Part shown: positions 14,971 to 28,716 of the stretch, one piece after another | Position numbering within the stretch: the first letter of the stretch is position 1 | Layout: each line of letters begins with the position of its first letter | Assembly (NCBI GenBank): GCA_951406725.2 | Contig: OX597826.1 | Coordinates: 74,648,001 to 74,712,000 of the forward strand | Reading direction: 5' to 3' | Length of the DNA: 64,000 bases | DNA from: Octopus vulgaris | Lineage: Eukaryota | Position numbers and translations under genes: made by a program | The notes under the pieces: model-generated | What the model saw: the letters and a program-made list of their open reading frames with translations, nothing else | Databases searched by the model: none | What the model was told of the DNA's origin: nothing

Positions 14971-15537
14971 TTATTTATATATATATATGTGTGTGTGTGT
15001 GAGTGTGTGTATGTATTTATATATGAATATGAAAGTATAAACTATGTTTAAAACTAAGCGTGTTTGTGCAAATATCTATGACATATTTCTTTAATACCTG
15101 CGTATATTCATGTCTTCCTTTGACATTCAGCTACCCTTCTAGGCTACATAATTACTATTTCTCTCTTCCATCATAATTCTGTTTCGAGCGAATCTTTATT
15201 TCTTTAAATATAACATTTAAGATTTAAGGTTTCTTTTTCTTTCGGTTTTGTTTTACATTTCCCAAGACCCCTTTTCTGGTTTTAACCTCTCGAGGGAATT
15301 CTTACATGAACTCCATACCCCCTTTCACACACACAAACACATAGACACACACAGCCGTTTACTGCTAAATTGTAGTCGGTTTGGAGTTAAAATGTACAAT
15401 GTTGACTTTCAAATTGAATGAAAATTAGTGGAAAATTGATTTAATTGCTGGTGGAGTGAGTTTAAAGTAGACAGAAGTTAATTTCACACCAATCCGCCAT
15501 TGAGAACGGTCTCAACTGATTCTGTTCTTTCTTACAG

Positions 15538-15607
15538 TGTTTCTCCAAAATTATGACACTAAATGAAATTTTACGTAGCGCAAGTTGCAGAGCGGATGTG
15601 TACGAGC
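15538..15607 (+). other. Candidate 70-nt exon (5' UTR/uORF or first coding exon)
   Basis: Branch-like AACTGAT, polypyrimidine TTCTGTTCTTTCTTACAG acceptor and C|GTAAGT donor. ATG at 15553 opens MTLNEILRSASCRADVYE. It lies in repeat-free DNA. Confidence 0.4.
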
Positions 15608-16140
15608 GTAAGTATTTAATTGTCGTGTCTCGTGTCACTTGTTCTTCAGAAAGGCGCAGATGATTCTGTTAGAATGTATTATGAAACCTTTATGTGGTGT
15701 GATTTGGTAAATGTGTGGCCTGGTCTCGTAAGCAACCGATGTATATGGTATGATCTGGCGGAGACCAATGGCGTGGCCTAATTGGCTACAGATGTGCATG
15801 GTGTGATCTGCTGGATCTATGACATGACCTAGTTAGCCACAGACTTGTATGTATGAGTACATGTGTGTATGAGTGCATGGGTTTGAGTGTGTAAATATAT
15901 GTATGTATGTAGGTATGTTTGTGTATATCTGTGTGTGTGTGTGTGTGTGGTAGGGCCATACTCTAGTGAAATGCAGTTTACTTACTGATGGTAATAATAG
16001 TGGGAGAACTGCCATATTTGTGGTCTGGTGTAAAAATACATGTAACATGTAAATATACACGTTCTCCATCAATAAGCTACATCAATCAGCTGAAACACAG
16101 AGGCCGTTTTGGGTTCAGTTTGTAACCTATATGTGTGTGG

Positions 16141-16183
<43 letters not shown>

Positions 16184-16187
<4 letters not shown>

Positions 16188-16348
16188 CGTAAGCACCGTA
16201 ACCGACTAGGCTATCAGAAGTTGCTACACATCGCTGGTCACCCCCTGCCAGAGCCTCGTGGAGCTTTAGGTGTTTTCGCTGGAAATCGAAACCGCGATCC
16301 TACAACCGCACGTCCGCTGCCCTAACCACTGGGCCATTGCGCCTCCAC
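16184..16348 (-). mobile_element. SINE family C, internally deleted, tail type iii
   Basis: Head GTGGAGGCGCAATGGCCCAGTGG joined to TGACCAGCGATGTGTAGCAAC tail; embedded in (TA)n. Confidence 0.8.
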
Positions 16349-16354
16349 TATATA

Positions 16355-16484
<130 letters not shown>

Positions 16485-16530
16485 CACACACGAAAAAAAA
16501 TATATGTCTGTATATACACGAAAATACACA

Positions 16531-16562
<32 letters not shown>

Positions 16563-16748
16563 CTACAAAATTAGAAAATGGAGAAACATACTTAAATCAA
16601 TCAAACATCAACCATCAGATGATATCCAAACAATACTTTATTACACCATTACATAACAGTAAAGTCATTATACAAAATATATTGTAAATATAATTAGACA
16701 AGGAAATAGAAATATAAAATATAAAATATAATATGTAATTATATCATA

Positions 16749-16849
16749 TCTGACAGCTGTTTCGGCAATAAGGGCAAGCATGTCTCATTTAACCTATAGG
16801 CAGGTATAAATGAGACATTAACAAGGATGCCCCACGGCCTCTTCAGAGA
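16749..16849 (-). ncRNA. Type I hammerhead motif with long stem II (family H4; host element ~16562-16872)
   Basis: Minus strand TCT-CTGAAGA-GGC...GCC-GAAAC-AGCT-GTC-AGA. The insert pairs GGGCA/TGCCC and ATGTCTCATTTA/TAAATGAGACAT. The element lies between two (TA)n tracts. Confidence 0.8.
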
Positions 16850-16869
16850 ATTTAATAAAAATTATAATT

Positions 16870-16927
<58 letters not shown>

Positions 16928-17020
16928 TAGATAGATAGATAGATAGATAGATGTAAGAACTTACTGTGGTCAATGCTGCGTGGCATTTGGTGATAAATAA
17001 ATTAAATTAAAAAATACACA

Positions 17021-17450
17021 TTTTGTACAGAACATCATCAATGAGTGAAAAATATGTAAACACACGAGAGAAAAGTATAGGACAAAATACCAAAAGAAGA
17101 TAACACCTCATCATTTGTCTGACTGTTTATTACTGCTATTTCGTGCTTTTAACGATAATATAGGGAAACGTCATAGAACAGCAGCATCCGGAAATTTAAA
17201 AGATATAAATTTCATGGAGGGTGAGAGCATCGAACGAACAAACTACGACAGAGTTGACGTACAGAGTAAACAATCGACGAAGACAAACATCAAGGAGCGT
17301 TAGGCCAAGTCGAATTGTAATGGGCAACGCCTGGGAGAAATTTTTGCAAGGAAATAGAATAATTAGAAATTTTCTTTTGGTATCCTGTTCTGTACTTATT
17401 TCCCGTATATTTATGTATTTTTCACACGTTGGTGATGTTCTGTACAAAGT
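17021..17450 (+). mobile_element. Old fold-back element with ~75-bp diverged inverted arms
   Basis: 17022-17096 versus the reverse complement of 17375-17448 shows about 14 substitutions, mostly transitions; followed by (TA)n. Confidence 0.65.
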
Positions 17451-17458
17451 GTGTATAA

Positions 17459-17554
<96 letters not shown>

Positions 17555-17623
17555 CATACATACATATATATGTATATATATATATATATATATACATACA
17601 TACATACATATATATATATATAT

Positions 17624-17666
<43 letters not shown>

Positions 17667-17769
17667 AGGATTAGCTCGTATACGAGTAGGTATATATTTG
17701 TAAACTTGTTGACGTCTAGCTCTGCTAGAATGGACAGGATACAAACAGGGAACAGTCATTAGTTAGAAT

Positions 17770-18063
17770 ATTGATGACGTCCTTTTCTGCTTGAATAGTC
17801 ACCTAACAAGTACAGACAGGGGGCAGATCTAATGTAGCTATAAGTCGTGATTGGGCAGAATCTGGATGACGTCCCGCTATGCTTGACTAACGAAGCGACT
17901 GGTCAAGACAGGAAACAAACAAGAGGGAGTTATAATGCAGCGATTGGTCAAAATAATGATGACGTCCCGTACCACTTGATTAAAGCCACCTAACGAAACG
18001 ATTGGTCAAAACATTGATGACGTCACGCTACGCTAGATTGACCACCTAACAGGCATTATAAAA
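17770..18063 (+). promoter_or_regulatory. Pol II promoter-like module inside H5
   Basis: Four TGACGTC(A) CRE-like sites (perfect at 18018-18025), repeated GATTGG (reverse CCAAT) and TATAAAA at 18057-18063. Confidence 0.5.
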
Positions 18064-18403
18064 CAGAGCATTTCACAAAAACTCACTAGAACCACCCAGC
18101 GAACTTCCACCATGGGTCATCACAATTGCTTAAGGTAAAAATGAATTCCTCGCTCTTTCGGAAACATCAATCTTCTGTATTGACCGCTTTCCACCACTTT
18201 GATCTGTTTTTTGTATTGAATACGTATCGCCACCGTGGGCCACTGCATCGAACACTTTGAACATATACTTCAAACTATATATCAACTATACATGAACTAT
18301 ATATCAACTATACATGAACTCTAAGATGTCTGACTCCGTTGTGTATTATAAATGAATTTCTTGTGTTTGACGGCATGAGCTGTCTCTTTTTTTATATATA
18401 ACT

Positions 18404-18445
18404 TTTTTTGATAAAGTTCATTTCAGGAACTGAAACATGTTATAA
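18404..18445 (+). ncRNA. Minimal hammerhead motif, U3-A8 variant
   Basis: TTGATAA-AGTTC-ATTTCAG-GAACT-GAAAC-AT-GTT; the same core is present in the copy at 56226-56267. Confidence 0.65.
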
Positions 18446-18867
18446 TGTATATATATAAAAATTAAAAATTGTATAATACAGCAGCATTTTCGAACTTCAT
18501 TTTTTACAATTATATATATATATACATATATATATATATCACACACAAACACACACATTTATGCACATAAACCTACACACGACCTGTTCCACCACGAAAA
18601 TCCTTACTGCCACCAACGACAACATTACCGTTATCACCACCAACATCATCATCATCATCAACAGCAATTTCAAAATCATCGCCAACAGCAATCATCCACG
18701 CATTACCACCATCACCATCACCATCACCACCACAACCAAAACTACTACATTGTCATTTCTATGTCACCACCATCACTGCCACCATATTTATACCATTCTT
18801 TAGTTCGTTCTCCTTTTTTCCTTTCATATTTCGTTTCTTTTTTCTGTTTAATTTACGCGCTTACACA

Positions 18868-18914
18868 CGCACCACACACACACTCACACACACACGCACA
18901 CACACCACACACAC

Positions 18915-18953
<39 letters not shown>

Positions 18954-19112
18954 AACAAGCAATCACAGAACAGATACCACACGTACACATACACACACAA
19001 ACACACACACACGCATACACACCACACACACACTCACACATACACACACACACACACAAACAAACAAGCAATCACAGAACAGATACCACACGTACACATA
19101 CACACACACACA
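18868..19112 (+). repeat. ~110-bp tandem duplication within (CA)n
   Basis: AAACAAACAAGCAATCACAGAACAGATACCACACGTACAC occurs at ~18948 and ~19058. Confidence 0.85.
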
Positions 19113-19924
19113 CACCATGTATACTTTAACACATCCACATTTTTTACACACATATACAGATGCATACATACTCGCACACACTAACACAATGCACACACAC
19201 AAACACACACACACACAATGCACACACACAGACACACACACACACACACACACACGCCCCATGTAGAGAGCAAAACCAGGTTATGAAATTACACTTATCA
19301 TGTTGACAAGGTAAACTGTGTGAACGGGTGATTACGAAATCACTGAAACACACAAACAGCTAATAAAACCTCATGCATATCATAAGGTAGGTATTTCACA
19401 AACCTATGCCACAAAACCACTTCATTAAACGAGAAATTTGTCTAAGTCTTCCTTAAATTACTTTTCTCCCTTTGCCCGCCTGTCGTCTGCTTCTTTTTCT
19501 TTTTTCCGCCATGAAATTTCTTCTTTTCTCTTCTTAGCTTTATGTCTTACCGCTTCTAACGTCATCCTATCTTATTCCTTCCTCTAAACACATTACTTCT
19601 GAATGTTATTCAGCCTGCTACGAAGTCTCTATTACTCAAGCAATTTGTAGTCATTTCTAAATTATCTTCCGCCCGACACAAGTCCCAACTTCTATACTAT
19701 TTCTTTCGTCTTCTAGACTCGGTGTACGCAACAACCTTTTCCCGTGCTGGCATCTATCCCTCCGGTAATCAGTATGTCTGTCTGTATGGGAAGGCTTTTC
19801 GTCAGTTCTGGCTCATCTTTTACAGCTTTCAACTTTCCGACGTGAAGGAATCCATCCTCCTACGCCATTTCCCTCACTGACACCATTGCCGCCTCTCCTG
19901 AAGTCATACATGAATACATCATAA

Positions 19925-19957
<33 letters not shown>

Positions 19958-20021
19958 TAGTTCTACATGCTGTGCGTGCGTGTATGTACTGTGTACATAT
20001 AATTATATATAGCCTCATATA

Positions 20022-20088
<67 letters not shown>

Positions 20089-20114
20089 ATATACATATAT
20101 ATGATGTATGTATG

Positions 20115-20162
<48 letters not shown>

Positions 20163-20249
20163 ATTATTAAAATACCAACACGAGTGGTAAGCGAATTATC
20201 AGCCGTACAGGCAAATTAATAAAATGTACATATCTAATATATATTTTAT

Positions 20250-20353
<104 letters not shown>

Positions 20354-20597
20354 ATATGAATCAGAAACAGATCAAGGTATATAAACAAAGTCGAGCATAC
20401 ACATACGATATGTAAGTGTTGTCAGTTTGTCGGGTGGCTGCGTTTTTTAGGCTAAAGGGAGTATATTCTCAATTGCCTCGGTGTAAAAACATCCGAAAGC
20501 AAGTCATAACCAAGTGAGACAACTCACATCAAATCCCATTTGTCACAGCGACGGACATCGATGTTTCGTGATTGTTTTGACTTGTCAATGCCACATA

Positions 20598-20893
20598 CCT
20601 GGGCTTCAGAGGCCCACAGCTCTTCAATATCCTCCCGAAGAACCTGAGGGACCTGCATGGGGTGGATACGGATGTCTTTAAAGTAGGACTGGATCTCTTC
20701 CTGTCAGGTGTCCAGGATGAACCAACTTCACGGCAGGAGGTGCAGATGAGGGCAGCTGCATCAAACTCTCTCATGCACCAAATGGCAGTTGCTAAAAAGC
20801 ATTCGTGAGGTAAAATCATGTAGCAACACCAAATGGCGGTGCCCCAGCATGGCCACAGCTCAAGAGCTGAAACTGGAAAACATAAACAAACAT
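20598..20893 (+). mobile_element. 3' end of a CR1/L2-group LINE (ORF2 C-terminus plus 3' UTR)
   Basis: Open frame 20599-20808: LGFRGPQLFNILPKNLRDLHGVDTDVFKVGLDLFLSGVQDEP...RAAASNSLMHQ, then GGCGGTGCCCCAGCATGGCCACAGCTCAAGAGCTGAAAC. Confidence 0.8.
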
Positions 20894-21685
20894 AATACCG
20901 AAGAAGATCTGTCTAACTGGCTATGACTATACGCTAAATGGTTTAAGAACCATCTGCTGGCATATCCCAATATGTCATGCCACGGAAAAAAACTCAAATA
21001 TGTATTAGATGCAGCTCCAGGTATATACACAAGATCGAAAACACATACACAAGGTTTGTGTTGCTAGTTTGTCGGGCGCCTGCGTTTCTTTTGGTGTAAG
21101 AGAATATATTCTAAATTCCTTTCCTGTAAAAACACCCCCGTTCAAAAGATACAACATTGTCGCGCACTGTTATTTATGCTGGTTGTGCCTGATATTAAGG
21201 GCACACCGTGTCTGTAGAATTTTCACCTACTTACCTGCAAATTCAAGCAGGATCAGGTAATTTAGTTGTTCGGGCCACTGATTGCACATCGTCAGACGAC
21301 CAAGAGATCCACCATAGCTATCTTCAGCATAATTGCTTCGATGCAGGTGACCTTCGCCGGCTCTAAGGCCTCGACGTTAGGGGTCAAATCCACTCCAGTT
21401 GATACTGAGGATGAAGTATGTGAAAGTATGTCAAGGTGAACTTCTAAGAAAGTGATCAAGGAAGCGATCATATAAATACTCGATGAATTTTTTTTATGTA
21501 TGCATGTGTGTACATATGTATGTATGTATATACGTGTGTGTGTGTGTGAGTGTGCGTGTGTATGTGTGTGTGTGTGAGTGTGCTTGTGTATGTGTGTGTG
21601 TGTGTGATTGTGTGCATGTGTGTGTGTGTGTGTGTGTGTGCGCGCGCAGAAAGATAGATAGATAGGTAAATAGACAGATAGATAG

Positions 21686-21790
<105 letters not shown>

Positions 21791-21820
21791 GAATCTATCT
21801 ATCTATCTATCTATCTATCA

Positions 21821-21892
<72 letters not shown>

Positions 21893-23338
21893 CCTGAGGT
21901 ATATAGAGTGAAATTTGATATTGTGTCACCCACGGTAAACAAATGATTAATGGTTGAATACACACAAGGAAATTCTACTTATTTACATCGTTAGTTTCCG
22001 TCCAGTTGCCTGGCAATTCTGTTGGTCATGATTTTTGTGAATAAACGCTTAAAAGGCATACAATGTGATGATCAAAATCCTCTCCAATTCCCTTCTGTGC
22101 TTTTTCTTGATACATTATTGAAAACTAAACTGTGACTTGACGCCTCGTCTTTTAAGACAGCCGATGTATCGCTGTCTTGTTCTGGAGCCTTGCTCTTCTT
22201 TTACTTATTTCCTTTTATGTTACACTTTGTGTGATATAATTTACGGACCTTTTTGAAGCGTTGTTGTGGTCATGGTGAAGTTGTCTTCTATAAAATCGCT
22301 GTTTTTGTTACTTTCCCTTGAACTAAATTTCGTTCCGTTACGGTTCCGTTTTTCTTGTTCTTCAATGCTAGCATTTGAGCCTTTCCCTTTGTTTATTTTG
22401 TTCTGCAGAGTTTTTTATCCATTCTGTTGGGGGAATTGTTGTTTCTGCAATGTTCTTATTGTTTTCTTAAACCAACCAGATGTTTTACACTTACCTGTTT
22501 ATACAGTTCTACAGTTTCTATCTTGTCTACAACCAGGTTAACTTCGAAAGTTTTTCGTTTCCTCCTGAGATAGTTTGTTGTTCTTTGCCGCGTGTTTCCC
22601 TGTCGTCTGCAGCTGTTTCAACGAGAATTTTTACTTGGTTGTTCGTCATTAAAGGTTCACTACCGTCTCTTTTTGTCAGTTGTTCAGTTCATGCCAGTTA
22701 GGAAATAATTGATTAAGCCGTTGGCAATCCTAACTGGAATACCTTGGCGCGGAATAGTTTCTTCCTTTCCTTTGAAGGTTTAGAACTTTCCTTTAGAACT
22801 TGGTCGCTACCAGTCTTTCTTGCTGCTTTTTACCACGTTAATTGTTACAATTTTCCCTAGATATTTTGTTTTTGTTTGGGATTAAAAAAAAAATTGACAT
22901 TGTTTAAGGTTTAGTAGTATGCCCTCTACAGGAGCACAAAAGTTAGACTCGTATATGCTTGCACAGAGTCAGTGTATTCGAAGCACACAATTACCTACTC
23001 ACCATAATCTGATAACAATTGATACATACATACATACATACATACATACATACATACATACATACATACAAACATACATACATACATACATACATACATA
23101 CATGCATATATATATATATATATATATAACAGTTTAGCTAGGTGTAAAATACAGCTGAAGGATGTTAAATATCCGAACAATTTACTGGTCTATATTGCCT
23201 ATATCAATAACAGGTGCAATTTATGAGTTGTGTCATTTGTTTGTATAAAATATTTAAATTGAATTGAATTTATAATTGTTCAATTTATTGTTTTGTTTTT
23301 CCGTTTCTGATTTATATATATTTATACATACATATATC

Positions 23339-23369
<31 letters not shown>

Positions 23370-23443
23370 TTATGTATAGGCAAGCAGATAGACAAATAGA
23401 CAGAAAGACTTACAGAGATAGATAGATAGATAGATATTTACAT

Positions 23444-23607
23444 AGGCGTAGGAGAGGCTGTGTGGTAAGTAGCTTGCTTACCAACCACATGGTTCCGGGT
23501 TCAGTCCCACTGCGTGACACCTTGGGCAAGTGTCTTCTACTATAGCTTCGGGCCGACCAAAGCCTTGTGAGTGGATTTGGTAGACGGAAACTAAAAGAAG
23601 CCCGTCG

Positions 23608-23677
<70 letters not shown>

Positions 23678-23895
23678 AATATGTTTGTGTGTCAGTGCTT
23701 TTCCCCCTAACATCACTTGACAACCGCTGCTGGTGTGTTTGCGTCCCCATCACTTAGCGGTTCGGCAAGAGAGACCGTTAGAATATGTACTAGGCTTACA
23801 ACGAATAAGTTCTGGGGTCGATTTGCTCGACTAAAGGCGGTGGCTCCAGCATGGCCGCAGTCAAATGACTGAAACAAATAAAAGAATAAAAGAAA
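23444..23895 (+). mobile_element. SINE family A, full length
   Basis: Head, internal (TA)n(TG)n, and tail CAGTCAAATGACTGAAAC followed by A-rich repeats. Confidence 0.9.
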
Positions 23896-24228
23896 GCATC
23901 CATACACAGGGGCATGTGACCCTCCATGTATGTGACCCTCCATGTATGTGTATGCACTGTGTCTGTCTGCGTGCACCTATGAAGATGTGCTTGTGTGAGA
24001 GTGTGTATGTGTATTTGTCCTTAACTCTCCGTGTGTGTTCGCGCGCTTGCACGCGTGTGTGTGTGTGTGTGTGACTCTTAGTTTCTCAGCACGAGATAAT
24101 CACATTGATAGATGTGATTATGTACGGATGGCCGACCACATCCACATTACAAGAGAAATCCGTCTTTTGTTTTCTCAGCTTTGCAACGTTAACTAGCACC
24201 CCCCATCCCCATCCCCATCTCCATACAC

Positions 24229-24829
24229 CTATTTCTTTATTACCCACAAGGGGCTAAACACAGAGGGGGACAAACAAGGACAGACATAGGTATTAAGTCG
24301 ATTACATCGACCCCAGTGCGTAACTGGTACTTAATTTATCGACCCCGAAAGGATGAAAGGCAAAGTCGACCTCGGCGGAATTTGAACTCAGAACGTAAAG
24401 ACAGACGAAATACCTATTTCTTTATTACCCACAAGGGGCTAAACACAGAGGGGACAAACAAGGACAGACAAAGGTATTAAGTCGATTACATCGACCCCAG
24501 TGCGTAACTGGTACTTAATTTATCGACCCCGAAAGGATGAAAGGCAAAGTCGACCTCGGCGGAATTTGAACTCAGAACATAATGGCAGACGAAATACCTA
24601 TTTCTTTACTACCCACAAGGGGCTAAACACAGAGGGGACAAACAAGGACAGACATAGGTATTAAGTCGATTACATCGACCCCAGTGCGTAACTGGTACTT
24701 AATTTATCGACCCCGAAAGGATGAAAGGCAAAGTCGACCTCGGCGGAATTTGAACTCACAACGTAACGGCAGACGAAATACCGCTAAGCATTTCGCCCGG
24801 CGTGCTAACGTTTCTGCCAGCTCGCCGCC
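24229..24829 (-). mobile_element. SINE family B trimer (one head, three ~185-bp bodies)
   Basis: Junctions GAAATACC|TATTTC at ~24410 and ~24595; a single TSD CCATCTCCATACAC at 24215-24228 and 24828-24841. The core GACTTTGCCTTTCATCCTTTCGGGGTCGATAAA..AGTACC resembles the Deu/Nin SINE domain. Confidence 0.9.
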
Positions 24830-25009
24830 ATCTCCATACACATGTACATAAATACACACACTGATGCACATCCATACATACACACACACACTGATTCATA
24901 CGGTTAATGTCTACACCTACGTACACACATGTAGACGCGTTCCTCAGAACACGTAGACCCCAGGTTTCAATTAAGTACACACACATGTATATTACACATA
25001 CATTTCAAG

Positions 25010-25709
<700 letters not shown>

Positions 25710-26050
25710 ACATATACACACATACACACGCATACACGCTGGCAGAACCTTCACAGACAGGTTAATTGATATACAAACACGCCTCTCCACACACGTACGC
25801 ACCCAGTTCCTCATCGCATAACCGTATTAGCAGACATTGACGCACACAGAAGCACATACCAACACATAAGCTTACATGCACTCGCAACTGCTCTGAAATA
25901 ACCTGCAGAGATGCCCTACGCAAAGAACACATTTATTTATACACGTACGCAGGTTTATACATCCTCACTGAGTGCACGTAAGCAGACATGCGCAGACAAG
26001 ACCGATTAGGTACACACGCACACTACAGACATACAGACACACCCCTCTTA

Positions 26051-26081
<31 letters not shown>

Positions 26082-26125
26082 TAAGTGACATACATTCGCC
26101 TCCCACCACTTACAGACACATGGTG

Positions 26126-26188
<63 letters not shown>

Positions 26189-26278
26189 TCTATGTATGTA
26201 TGTATATATGTATGCATGTATGTATATGTATGTATGTATATGTATAATAGCGGACATAAATAAACGTAAACATACAAG

Positions 26279-26317
<39 letters not shown>

Positions 26318-26351
26318 TTCCTTTATTTTGTTCCTATGTTTCAGCCCAAGG

Positions 26352-26388
<37 letters not shown>

Positions 26389-26477
26389 GTATAAATATAT
26401 ATATATATACACGTAATTATATATGTATATATATATATATATGTATATAAATATATATATAAACATAATTATATATG

Positions 26478-26510
<33 letters not shown>

Positions 26511-28234
26511 GTATATATATATATATATACATATATATTTATGTATATATATATACAGATATATATCTATATGCATTTATGCATATGTGTGTGTATATGT
26601 ATGTGTGTATGTATGTATATATGTATGTATGTGTGTGTACTTATGTATGTATGTATGTATTTATGTATGTATGTATGAATGTATGTATGTATGTGTGTGT
26701 ATTTATGTATGTATGTATGTATGTATGTATTTATGTATGTATGTATGCATGTATGTATGTATTTATGTATGTATGTATGCATGTATGTATATCTATATCG
26801 GCCTACGTGACTGACTACATTCGGCAGTTTGAATGTCGTTTTGCAGGTTATGTGTTGGCGGGTGGGGGGCGAGCTGGGAACGACGGTTGACGCTGCTGGA
26901 AATTGTCATTGTGATCATCATTATCATGGTCGTCATCACTGCCATTATCACTATTATCATTATCCACCACCACCACCACCAGCACCACCACCCCAGTCAC
27001 CCTCACCCTCACCCTCACCATTACCATCATCATCACCATCATTACCATCATCATCATCATCATCGTCGTCGTCGTCGTTAACATCATTCTCATTGAACTC
27101 AAAGGCCTTGTTTCTCATTACATTTCCTACAACAGCCACGGTGCCGTCATTACGATATATTCTTCTGGTGTGGGAAACAGCCATCTGTGTACGCCTCAAG
27201 ATTTTCTTGGATGGGTCACCACAACTCAGAGTGCGTGCTTGTGAGCGCGCGTGTGCGTGTGCGTTCGTATGTGTTCGCACGTTCGTATGTGTGTGTGTGT
27301 TTCTAAATCGTGTACAAAAGTGTGAGAGACAGGGCATATGACTTTTAAATAGAAATATCGGTAGAGCAATGCTAATGGTTGATATATAAATAATTTTCAT
27401 ATATAAAACGGTCAAGTTTTTCTCTTTTTTTCTTTTGTTTTCTTTTTTCGTGGGCTGGTTTCCACACTTTCTGTTTTGTCGGAAAACAAAAACATTCCAC
27501 AACAGAGAGAGGTGAAAGATAAAGAAAAAAGGAAATGCAGTAAGGAGGGGAAAAGATGTGAAACAAGAAAAAAAGAAAGGATGGTAAATTGGATTAATGT
27601 ATAAGTGGGGAAATGACACATCAGAAAACAGGCAGTCATGCGAGTAGACAATGAAGTATAATGAGATGGCAAAAAGAATGTGTGTCTATTTTCATAATTG
27701 CAATTGAGATTGCAGCAATTGACCATGTGTGATGAAGTATCGTCTGCATAAACGTAATACTTATGATTCTCTCTTCAAGTACAGAATATCTGCCCCTGAG
27801 ATAAATCGTAACGCTTGAAGAGTTGGTTCCTCGTATGACTTCTGTTCGAAGAAAAAAGAAGGCATATATACTCAAGATTTTAACATGCATTGAATTCAAT
27901 TATTTTTTTTTTTTTTTGCTTCATAAGTTTGGATTAAGAATAATCCACGATAAAGATAAAAAGAAAAATCGATGTTACAAATCGAAACAGATTCATTCTG
28001 TTTATTGTTTCCTAATAACAAGGTCAGACAAGAAAAAGCATTGAAATTAATAGGTCACGTTTGTTGTCTCGTCCTTTAATTATTGTAGTCTTCTCCTGAA
28101 AAGAAGTTTTGAACAAAATGTCTGCTGCGCTCTGAAGGCTTAAAAAATATTAGTTTTTGACGTACGTGACACAAAGATTTAAAGTCTATGGTGAGTGTCT
28201 AAGTGGGGAAAGGGAATGAGAAACAGACAGAGAT

Positions 28235-28298
<64 letters not shown>

Positions 28299-28603
28299 TT
28301 CACATTATATATATATATATATATATATTGTATATACATACAACATTTATATATTATTAAGTCTTATACCTACATACATATAAACACACACACATATATA
28401 TATTAATATGTACACGCACGCACATACCCACGTAAACACGCGTGCGTACGCGCACACAGACGTCCACTCACGCGAGTATAATTACTACTCTTTTATGAGC
28501 TGAGCACAACTCCTGTCGGTGTTGGCTTTCTTTACCCTTGGGCCAGTAGCACACACAGTCCTTGGTAATATACTAAACTTGATCCAATCAAGTAATTCTA
28601 TAA

Positions 28604-28716
28604 TACCTCCTACTCCTCCTCCTGATTCTCCTCCTCCTCCTGATTCTCCTCCTCCTCCTGATTCTCCTCCTCCTCCTGATTCTCCTCCTCCTTCTGATTC
28701 TCCTCCTCCTCCTCGT
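28604..28716 (+). repeat. 18-bp minisatellite (CCTGATTCTCCTCCTCCT)n
   Basis: About five tandem units. Confidence 0.9.

Larger units (their letters stand above)
17665..18510 (+). mobile_element. Pseudo-LTR-like element (family H5): repeated CCAAT/CRE units, TATA box, HHR, (TA)n end
   Basis: 17943-18510 has a near-identical inverted copy at 56161-56726; HHR motif at 18404-18445. Confidence 0.75.

Noticed and set aside
19400-19905. Purine-rich minus strand suggesting a decayed LINE endonuclease region
   Set aside because: Only a vague ILITGGIDA motif; too degraded to call without a profile search.
22100-22900. A-rich minus strand suggesting a decayed LINE ORF1
   Set aside because: No recognisable motif could be read with confidence.
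24229-24829. Regular repeats here and at 33608-34169 as a CRISPR array
   Set aside because: Whole units repeat with no unique spacers, there are no cas genes, and the context is eukaryotic.
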